Source: Octopus sinensis
Taxonomy: Eukaryota
Reading direction: 5' to 3'
Assembly (NCBI RefSeq): GCF_006345805.1
Contig: NW_021826908.1
Coordinates: forward strand, 1 to 11,561
Length of the DNA: 11,561 bases
Shown: in pieces, positions 1-8,756 of the stretch
How the letters are laid out: the number at the start of each line of letters is the position of its first letter
Position numbering within the stretch: position 1 is the first letter of the stretch
The notes under the pieces: model-generated
What the model was told of the DNA's origin: nothing
Database searches by the model: none
The model's input: the letters and a program-made list of their open reading frames with translations, nothing else
Translations under genes and position numbers: made by a program

Positions 1-641
1 GTGTGTGTCTATGTTTGTGTGTTTTTGTGTGTATGTGTGTATGTGGGTGGGTGTCAGTGAGTGTGGGAACGTGTTTGTACTCAGAGAATTGCATGAATTT
101 TGGTGTTAGTCTCGAATATATTTGCGATAATGAGAGAAATATTGTTGGCAGTTGGGAATATTGTTTTATTTTGTTTGGTTATGGTCGTTATTAGCCGCAG
201 ATTATCTACAAAATATTTCTCACTGAATACAAATGACAACCATCTTTATTTTTAATTCTTCTTATTAGCTTTGTTTCATGGTTTTTTGTTTTTGATTTTA
301 TATTGTTTACCTCCCAGATGGTGCCCAATTTTTCTAAGCTACAATTATAGTTAGCATCAATAGATTTATTTTACACAGTGGATTCACAGAGATAATGAAA
401 GGATATAAGCTGTATTGAATTCATTTCAGATCATTTTCTTGCTACAATGCCACACAGCTAGAGTGATGACATTGTATTTGTTAAAAGCAAATTGTTTATT
501 AACCATATTCTCCCCCGACATACCAAATTATTATTATTATACGCACATTTTTGTATAATTCCCAGCAGAAGTAGCAGGAAACATATTTGGAATTGAGACG
601 AAATCATGATGGTCTGCCTATTTAACTGCCGAGTCCCTCCG

Positions 642-707
<66 letters not shown>

Positions 708-716
708 CTATCTATC

Positions 717-806
<90 letters not shown>

Positions 807-820
807 CTATCCTATCTATC

Positions 821-892
<72 letters not shown>

Positions 893-939
893 TTATCTAT
901 CCTATCTATCCTATCCTATCTATCTATCTATCTATGTAT

Positions 940-985
<46 letters not shown>
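642..985. repeat. (CTAT)n microsatellite with CCTAT variants, followed by (AC)n
   Basis: Directly visible: (CTAT)n ~642-935 and (AC)n 943-985. This explains the YLSI/THTH ORF 606-1019. Confidence 0.97.
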
Positions 986-987
<2 letters not shown>

Positions 988-1097
988 CATACACACATAG
1001 ATTGACAAACATCATTTAAATGCATCGTTGCTTATTGTAGAACATAACAGCGAATAGTGTACAGCCCCGCATGACGAAACGTATCAAAATCTAAGGC

Positions 1098-1596
1098 ATA
1101 TATATATATATAAATATATATATATTTATACATATAAATAAATATATATATATATATATGTGTGTGTGTGTATGTAAAATTATATAAACACACATGCACA
1201 AACACACACACAAATATATATATATACAAATGTATGCATATACATATGTGTATGTATGCGAGTGTGTTTGTGCACCTGTCTAATATTCTACATCCGTAAA
1301 TACATACATACATATATGCATACATACATATATATATGCATACATTTATTATATAGATTATATACATATACATGCACACATACATACATACACACACACA
1401 TACATACGTACGTACGTACATACATACATACGTACATACATACATACATACATACATGCATACATACATACATACATACATACATACTACATACATCTAC
1501 ATGCATGCATACATACATACAGACATACATACATACATACATATATGCAACATACATACAATACATACATATATCATAACCATCATACATACATAC

Positions 1597-1628
<32 letters not shown>

Positions 1629-2005
1629 AACTACATACATACATACATACATACATACACTACATACATACATATACATACATACATGCACACATACATA
1701 CATACATACACACTACACTACGTACGTACGTACACATACATACATCATACATACATACATCATACATACATACATACTACATCATACATACATACATACA
1801 TACATACATACATACATACATACATGCATACATACATACATACATATATACATACATACATACATATAAACATACATACATACATACATACATACATACA
1901 TACATACATACATACATACATGCATACATACATACATACATACATATAAACATACATACATACATACATACATACATACATACATACATACATACATACG
2001 TACAT
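1098..2005. repeat. Compound (TA)n/(TG)n/(CA)n tract grading into a long degenerate (ACAT)n array
   Basis: Directly visible; (ACAT)n dominates ~1300-2005. It is the source of all HTYI/MYVC ORFs in 1032-2005. Confidence 0.97.
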
Positions 2006-2122
2006 ATATAATTTAAATATAGGATAAAATCTTTCTAAGTATTTATCAAGTAGTTAGCGTGAAAAACCTCATAAGGGAAAAATTTATTCATTGTTCCCTA
2101 TAAATATATTTATTTCTATTAA

Positions 2123-2312
2123 GGGCATTACTATACATAAATGGCTCACGCTAGGAGGAACCCTTAAAATCATACGATACGCAGATGAGTCTGATTTTAG
2201 GGAGCTCGCTTCGAGAGTTGCATTCCCTCGGGAACAATACAGTGTGGTTATTATGGTAGTTTTGACTTTAAGAGTCCCTCCTAGCGTGAGGCATTTATGT
2301 ATACTAATGCCC
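2123..2312. mobile_element. 190-bp MITE with 50-bp terminal inverted repeats, flanked by TTAA (Kolobok-like non-autonomous DNA transposon)
   Basis: Left TIR 2123-2172 (GGGCATTACTATACATAAATGGCTCACGCTAGGAGGAACCCTTAAAATCA) matches the reverse complement of 2263-2312 at 45/50 positions. TTAA lies at 2119-2122 and 2313-2316. The superfamily call is inferred from the TTAA target and GG...CC ends. Confidence 0.85.
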
Positions 2313-2316
2313 TTAA

Positions 2317-2336
2317 TATATATCTATATCTATATA

Positions 2337-2380
<44 letters not shown>
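2317..2380. repeat. (TA)n microsatellite
   Basis: Directly visible, immediately right of the MITE. Confidence 0.95.
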
Positions 2381-2383
<3 letters not shown>

Positions 2384-2827
2384 ACACACAAGCATATAAG
2401 TGGAATTTCACACCCACTCTTCTCTCCTAAAAGTATTAAAATGTAAACGTAAACGTAACAAAGGAAAAGTGGAGCTGTCAAAGGAAACGAGAACAAAAAG
2501 AGAGAATTGGAAAAATGCAAGCGTTAAAGAGACGCCGGGTGGACGGGTGTAGAAACTTAAGAATACCATTAGAGGATTATATAGTTTGATACGGTTGTAA
2601 GTCATCGGCTCATTTAACAGTAACTACTAATCTAATTAAGTGACACTCCTATGACAATATATCGCTCACCTCTGCCTCAAACAAAGAGCCGTTGTGATGC
2701 AAATAGAAACACAGCCAAGCGATTCTCTCACTCTTCTTACACACAATTGAACACGTTGTATTTACGTTTTTGAAAGGAAAAAGCCAGTAGACACACACAG
2801 CGATGTTTGCCCACGGTTTTCCCTAAT

Positions 2828-2829
<2 letters not shown>

Positions 2830-2862
<33 letters not shown>
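2830..2862. repeat. (TA)n microsatellite, left flank of the inverted-repeat element
   Basis: Pure TA run directly visible. Confidence 0.97.
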
Positions 2863-2868
<6 letters not shown>

Positions 2869-2943
2869 TATTAGAGACAAAAAACCACTATTTTGCAAAA
2901 CAAACAAGGAAAGACTTAATCAATACATAAAATTTTAATAAAT

Positions 2944-3000
2944 AGTCAAAAAAACCGCCACTACTTTTGCTTGTCTTGATCGGAAATCTTCAGGTGGACT
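2944..3000 (-). ncRNA. Degenerate hammerhead ribozyme copy (probably inactive)
   Basis: Minus strand reads CCAC-CTGAAGA-TTTCC-GATCAA-GACAA-GCAAAA-GTA-GTGG. Stem II has two mismatches and GAAACAATT is replaced by GCAAAA. Confidence 0.7.
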
Positions 3001-5245
3001 TCCAATCTAAATATCAATATTTTAAAATATAGAAATAATAATTTTAAAATAATTAAGTATGAATGAAAAAATATAATATATAATCCATATATAACCTATA
3101 TATAATCCATATATAATCAATATAAACAATATATAAACTAAAATAAACCTATCAACAATTAAATATAAAATATAAAATATAAAATATAAAATATAAAACA
3201 AAACAAAAAAATAATATAATATAATAATAACTATATATACACCCATACACATATACCTAATTATATATAACCATATCTAACTACATACACTAAATCACAC
3301 CCCTATATATATATCCCTATACATACACATAAACACGTCTACGCAACTATAATGAATAAAATAACTAAATACTTCAACACAATACTTATTCATACTCCCC
3401 ACACACACATACAACCCACATTCACGCTCTAGAAAACGGACATCACTTAAATTATGAACGGAGAAATGGAATAAATGGAATAAAAAATTATATTCACTTG
3501 GTAAAACGAACACTACTTAAAAATTATGAATGAAACAATGCGATAAAACAAACAGACATCGCAAATAGACACAAATTACTACGAATTCCTTAACAAACCT
3601 ACCATGATAAACCAAAACTCATAAAAACATATAATGATAAAATCTCTCCTTTACTAAACTCTATAACATACCTATATAGCAATCCCCCTAACCTAAACAT
3701 TCACACACAAATACACACACGTAAACCACACACCCACGACATATACAAATACCCACACCACTTACACATACCTATACATATAAACTCAACATATACTCCA
3801 AAAACCCACTCAACCCCACACAGACAAATAAACACAAAAATTATGAATGGATTCTTTTATAAAACTACCATGATAAGCTAAAACTCACAAAACATAAATG
3901 ATAAAACCTAAATATGTTTTTAAGAGTTTTGGTTTATCATGGTTTTTTTTTAGGGAATTCGTGGTAATTTGTCTATTTTCGATGTTGGTTGTTTTATTAC
4001 ATTGTTTCATTCATAATTTTTGAGTGGTGTTCGTTTTGCCACGTGAATATTATTTTAATTCCATTTATTCCATTTCTCCATTCATTATTTTAAAGATGTT
4101 CGTTTCCAGAGCGGTTATACTTTTTATACATATGTTAAGTTCCTTGGTAAAGTAACTTTTTGTTTGGTGTATATGTTGAGGCTTATATGTACTTGTGGTT
4201 TGTGAGTGGGGTGGGTGTTTGTATTTGTTATGGGTGTGTGGTTTACGTGTGTGTATTTGTGTGTGAATGTATAGGTTAAAGGGATTGCTATATAAGTATG
4301 TTATAGTGTTTAGTAAAGGGAGGTTTTATCATTTATGTTTTGTGAGTTTTAGCTTATCATGGTATTTTATAAAAGATCCATTCATAAATTTTTGTGTTTA
4401 TTTGTCTGTGTGGGGTTGAGTGTGTTTTTTGGAGTATATGTTGAGGTTTATATGTATGTATAGGTATGTGTAAGTGGTGTGGGTATTTGTATATGTCGTG
4501 GGTGTGTGGTTTACGTGTGTGTATTTGTGTGTGAATGTTTAGGTTAGGGGGATTGCTATATAGGTATGTTATATAGAGTTTAGTAAAGGGAGATTTTATC
4601 ATTATATGTTTTTATGAGTTTTGGTTATCATGGTAGGTTTGTTAAGGAATTCGTAGTAATTTGCGTCTATTTGCGATGTCTGTTGTTTTATCGCATTGTT
4701 TCATTCATAATTTTTAAGTAGTGTTCGTTTTTACCAAGTGAATATAATTTTTAATTCCATTTTCCATTTCTCCGTTCATAATTTTAAGTGATGTCCGTTT
4801 TCTAGAGCGTGAATGTGGGTTGTATGTGTGTGTGTGTGGGATATGAATAAGTATTGTGTTGAAGTATTTAGTTATTTTATTTATTTATAGTTGCGTAGAC
4901 GTGTTTATGTGTATGTATAGGGATATATATATAGGGGTGTGATTTAGTGTATGTAGTTAGATATGGTTATATAATTAGGTATATGTGTATGGGTGTATAT
5001 ATTTTATTATTATATTATTATTATTTTTTTGTTTTGTTTTTATTTTATATTTTATATTTTATATTTTATATTTTATATTTAATTGTTGATAGGTTTATTT
5101 TAGTTTATATATTGTTTATATATTGATTATATATGGATTATATATAGGTTATATATGGATTATATATTTATATTTTTTCATTCATACTTTAATTATTTTA
5201 AAATTATTATTTCTATATTTTAAAATATTGATATTTTAGATTGGA

Positions 5246-5305
5246 AGTCCACCTGAAGATTGTCGATCAAGACAAGAAACAATTGTAGTGGCGGTTTTTT
5301 TGACT
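5246..5305 (+). ncRNA. Minimal type I hammerhead ribozyme
   Basis: Stem I CCAC 5249-52 / GTGG 5288-91, with alternative or extended AGTC 5246-49 / GACT 5302-05. Core CUGAAGA 5253-59. Stem II TTGTC 5260-64 / GACAA 5271-75 with loop GATCAA. GAAA-C 5276-80, loop AATT, cleavage triplet GUA 5285-87. All conserved core nucleotides are in the right order and spacing. Confidence 0.88.
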
Positions 5306-5470
5306 ATTTATTAAAATTTTTATGTATTGATTAAGTCTTTCCTTGTTTGTTTTGCAAAATAGTGGTTTTGTCTCTAATAATATTTATAATATTTTACTAT
5401 AAAATTGGATTTAATCCTAAATCTGATTTTTTCCCTGTAAATTTGGATTTATTCCCTAATATTTATTATT

Positions 5471-5483
5471 ATATATCTACTTA

Positions 5484-5529
<46 letters not shown>

Positions 5530-5562
5530 CATATATATGTATATATTATATATGTATATATT
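5471..5562. repeat. Degenerate (TA)n tract, right flank of the inverted-repeat element
   Basis: Directly visible. Confidence 0.9.
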
Positions 5563-5564
5563 TA

Positions 5565-5882
5565 CGCACAGGCGTGGCTGTGTGGTAAATAGCTTGCTTC
5601 CCAACCACAAGGTTCCGGGGTCAGTTCCACTGTGTGGCACCAAAACCTTGTGAGTGGATTTGGCAGACGGAAACTAAAAGAAGCCCGTCGCATATATATA
5701 TGTGTATGTGTGTGTGTGTGTGTGTGTGTGCGTTTGCGTGTCTGTGTTTGCTCCGCCTACCATCACTTGACAACCGTTATTGGTGTGTTTACGCCGTCGT
5801 AACCAGCGGCTCGGCAAAAGAGACCGATAGAAGTATTAGGCTTAGAAGAAGATTTATCCTAGGGTCAATGTGTGCTCCAGCA
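5565..5882 (+). mobile_element. tRNA-derived octopus-type SINE (family A here) with internal (TA)/(TG) microsatellite
   Basis: Head GGCGTGGCTGTGTGGTAA (A-box-like) and GGGGTCAGTTCC (degenerate B box). Body CCTTGTGAGTGGATTTGGCAGACGGAAAC, internal microsatellite ~5692-5730, right half to GTGCTCCAGC. The right half recurs at 6158-6360. Family recognised from memory of octopus SINEs (OK/OR1/OR2 group; exact name not assigned). Confidence 0.8.
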
Positions 5883-5961
5883 CAACATACATACATAATA
5901 AATACATATACATATATGCGTGTGTGTGTGTGTGTGTGTGTGTTTATATATATATATGTGT

Positions 5962-6110
5962 GGAGGCGCAATGCCCTAGTGGTTAGGGCAGCGGACTCGC
6001 GGTTGTAGGATCGCGGTTTCGATTCTCAGACAGGGTGTTGTGAGTGTTTATTGAGCGAAAACACCTAAAGCTCCACGAAGCTCCAGTAGGGGCTGGTGGT
6101 GATCCCTGCA
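5962..6110 (+). mobile_element. 5' portion of a second tRNA-derived SINE family (family B here)
   Basis: A box TAGTGGTTAGG 5977-87 and B box GGTTTCGATTC 6015-25 at tRNA-like spacing. The non-tRNA body breaks off at a (TA)/(TG) run. Confidence 0.78.
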
Positions 6111-6113
6111 TAC

Positions 6114-6155
<42 letters not shown>

Positions 6156-6157
6156 AG

Positions 6158-6360
6158 GGTGTCTTTATGTCTATGTTTGTCCCCTGACCAGTACTTGACA
6201 TGACAATCGATATTTGTGTGTTGGCATTCCTGATAGAATAAGTACTAGGCTTACAAAGTCCCGGGGAAAATTTCTTCAACTAAAAACCTGTTTAAGGCCG
6301 TGCTCCAGCATGGCGCGCAGTCGAATGACTGAAACAAGTAAAAGAATAAAAGAATAAAAG
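6158..6360 (+). mobile_element. 3' half of a family-A SINE with (AAAAG/AATAAAAG) tail
   Basis: Aligns to 5741-5882 (TGTTTG..CTTGACA..GATAGAA..GTA.TAGGCTTA..GTGCTCCAGCA) and continues to GACTGAAACAAGTAAAAGAATAAAAG. Confidence 0.75.
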
Positions 6361-6527
6361 TGTATATGTATATGTATACGCATATGCATGTATGTATGTA
6401 TGTATGTATGTATGTATGTATGTATGTATGTATGTTGTTTGTATGTATGTATGCAGGTATGTATGTATGTATATGTATACGCATATGTATGTGTGTATGT
6501 ATGTATGCATGTATGTATATATGTATG

Positions 6528-6561
<34 letters not shown>

Positions 6562-6575
6562 TGTATGTATGTGTG
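6361..6575. repeat. (TATG)n microsatellite
   Basis: Directly visible. Confidence 0.96.
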
Positions 6576-6577
6576 TC

Positions 6578-7122
6578 AGGTCACTTTCGAGTGCTACTGG
6601 TAACATGTAACCCATTATAACCTGTTGCATGGTCGGGTCGTCGGCGTCTAAACCGGCAACCCCACCAAGCTTGCTTGGTGAGGGGGGTGTTTGTTGGACA
6701 CCCTACGGGATGAAAAACAAAACCCGTCAAAGGGCGGAGTAACTCTTGAGAGTCAACGGCCATCCAATAAATGTCTTATGGCTGTATCATGCGCGGTGAC
6801 ATAGAAATAATCGGACAGAATACCCGATCACGCGGTTAAACCATTGGGTGTGAAGGACTCCTAGCCTTCGTTAGGGCATCCTTCTCGGAGAAAGTAACTC
6901 AAGTAACTGGGATAGCTCCGACATAAAGCCTGCGGCTCAGTGGTTACCGATGATATTGACTTGTTCTTCTTTTCGGATTGTGACTGCTGATGCTTAGTGA
7001 GTGGGATTGACTCAGTGCACGGCCTTTCCTCACTTTAAAAAATCTGCTTGCACAGGCATTGCACGATAACATTGATTAAGCTTCGTGCAATGGCCATACT
7101 CGATAACGAGGGGGCAGCCACC
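6578..7122 (+). mobile_element. Structured GC-richer segment, probably the 5'UTR of an RTE-clade LINE without its ORF
   Basis: Sharp microsatellite boundaries on both sides and several hairpins. The motif GGGCATCCTTCTCGGAGAAAGTAACTC resembles the GGAGAAGGAAAACTC-type motif I recall from RTE 5'UTRs. No endonuclease or RT codons are seen, so the identity is inference. Confidence 0.5.
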
Positions 7123-7213
7123 ATGTATGTATGTATGTATGTATGTATGTATGTATGTATGTATGTATGTATATATGTATGTATATATGTATGTATGTAT
7201 GTATCTATGTATG

Positions 7214-7244
<31 letters not shown>

Positions 7245-7293
7245 ATCTGTATGTATGTATGTCTGTATGTATGTATGTCTGTATGTATGTATG

Positions 7294-7327
<34 letters not shown>

Positions 7328-7480
7328 TATTTGTATGTATGTATGTATGTATGTATGTATGTATATTTGTATGTATGTATGTATGTATGTATGTATGTAT
7401 GTATGTATGTATTTTTGTATGTATGTATGTATGTATGTATGTATGTATGTATGTATGTATGTATGTATGTATGTACGTAT
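7123..7480. repeat. Long (ATGT)n microsatellite
   Basis: Directly visible; source of the ORFs in 7035-7545. Confidence 0.97.
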
Positions 7481-8120
7481 ACTCACACGCGATTACATTG
7501 CGGAAGAATAATTTGAGTTTTTTTAAGGATGTTACATTCACGTAGCGCTATTTTCCTTTATATTTTCTACTCTAAGTTATTTCCATGGTGACACCTTGGC
7601 ATTCATACTGATTTTGTATTTATGTTATGTATCATTTTCGTAGGATAACCTTCATATATGTGTGTGGATGCTATATGGTTTACGAATATGCATCTAAGAA
7701 AGACCGCTGCTCGGATATATCTTTTCAGAAGAAGTTAACGTGCCATTTCTAAACATGGGCTTGGCGTCCATTTTGTTAAATTAATTATGCCGAAATCTTA
7801 TAATTGGATTTTGAATGGTCTGTGAACATTTATTGTTAATGATTCGAAATTTATTGCATTTTTACCTCCCATAGTATAACACAAATGTTCGAGAGGGAAT
7901 AATTGCTTTAAAGAGATTGAGGTGTTGGTAGGTGAACAGTATGGTAGCCTGGAAGTAATTGGTTGGTAAGCATTGTTTTATGGTTTTTAGTTCCTGAATA
8001 TGGAATTATGTTGCAATCGATTTGAAGAACATGATTATCAGGATGTCATATTAACTGGATAGCAGCCGTGGTAGCTGATTTACAGTAAAGCAATTATCAT
8101 AATTATAATTATTATTAAAT

Positions 8121-8306
8121 CGGCGAGTTTGGCAGAAGCGTTAGCACGACGGATAAAATGCTTAGCGGTATTTCGTCTGACTTTACGTTCTGTGTTCAAA
8201 TTCCGCCGAGGTCAACTTTGCCTTTCATCCCTTCGGGGTCAATAGAATAGGTAACAATTGAACACCCCTTCCCCAAGATTGCTGCCTTTGTGGAAAAATT
8301 TGAAGC
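8121..8306 (+). mobile_element. tRNA-derived SINE (family C here), diverged copy
   Basis: Aligns to copies at 8356 and 9101 (GGCAGAA.CGTTAGCACG..AATGCTTAGCG.TATTTCGTC..GTTCAAATTCCGCCGA). Followed by an (ATT)/(GTT) tail. Confidence 0.85.
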
Positions 8307-8355
8307 TTTTATTATTATTGTTATTGTTATTGTTGTTATTGCTGTTGTTGTTGTT
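8307..8355. repeat. (TTA)n/(TTG)n trinucleotide tail
   Basis: Directly visible; source of the poly-Leu and poly-Asn ORFs. Confidence 0.93.
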
Positions 8356-8754
8356 AAGGCAGCGAGCTGGCAGAATCGTTAGCACGCTGGGCGAATGCTT
8401 AGCGTTATTTCGTCTGCCGTTACGTTCTGAGTTCAAATTCCGCCGATGTCGACTTTGCCTTTCATCCTTTCGGGGTCGATTAAATAGGTACCAGTTACGC
8501 ACTGGGGTCGATTTAATCGACTTAATCCGTTTGTCTGACTTTGTTTGTCTCCTCTATGTTTAGCCCCTTGCGGGTAATAAGGAGACAGGTATTTCGTCTG
8601 CCGTTACGTTCTGAGTTCAAATTCCGCCGAGGTCGACTTTGTCTTTTACCCGTTCAGGGTCGATAAAATTAGTACCAGTTTCGCACTGGGGTCGATGTAA
8701 TCGACTTAATCCTTTCCCTCAAATTTCAGGCCTTGTGCTTCCAGTAGAAAGGAT
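8356..8754 (+). mobile_element. Dimeric family-C SINE: full unit plus 5'-truncated second unit
   Basis: Unit 1 (8356-~8587) has A box TGGCAGAATCG and B box GAGTTCAAATTCC. Unit 2 restarts at GGTATTTCGTCTGCCGTTACG (8588), lacks the A box and ends GTAGAAAGGAT. Confidence 0.85.
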
Positions 8755-8756
8755 CA

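Larger units (their letters stand above)
2863..5470 (+). mobile_element. Non-coding hammerhead-bearing element with inverted duplication (Penelope-like retroelement derivative / retrozyme-like)
   Basis: 2863-3909 is the reverse complement of 4321-5385, differing mostly by homopolymer or dinucleotide indels plus scattered substitutions. The 411-bp spacer is built from diverged copies of the same modules. A hammerhead core sits near the 3' end of the + arm, and (TA)n flanks both sides. Family assignment is inferred from the hammerhead type and inverted layout; no RT or GIY-YIG ORF is seen. Confidence 0.72.

Noticed and set aside
1-222. G/T-skewed start of the window and a 10-bp inverted repeat (134-143 / 212-221)
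   Set aside because: No alignable similarity to the hammerhead element, and a short AT-rich inverted repeat is expected by chance here.
2863-3909. Nuclear mitochondrial insertion (control-region-like AT richness and skew)
   Set aside because: No mitochondrial tRNA, rRNA or gene fragments are recognisable. The hammerhead and inverted layout explain the region better.
2863-5385. Classical foldback DNA transposon with 1-kb TIRs
   Set aside because: The right arm continues ~85 bp beyond the left arm's end, the spacer is made of arm sequence, and the ribozyme points to an RNA intermediate. Not fully excluded.
5962-6035. tRNA gene
   Set aside because: A and B boxes are present, but there is no complete cloverleaf and the sequence runs into a SINE body. 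The same holds for the other SINE heads.
6060-6110. AGC-TCCACGA-AGCT resembling the HDV-like ribozyme P3/L3
   Set aside because: No matching P1 or P2 partner strands could be found.
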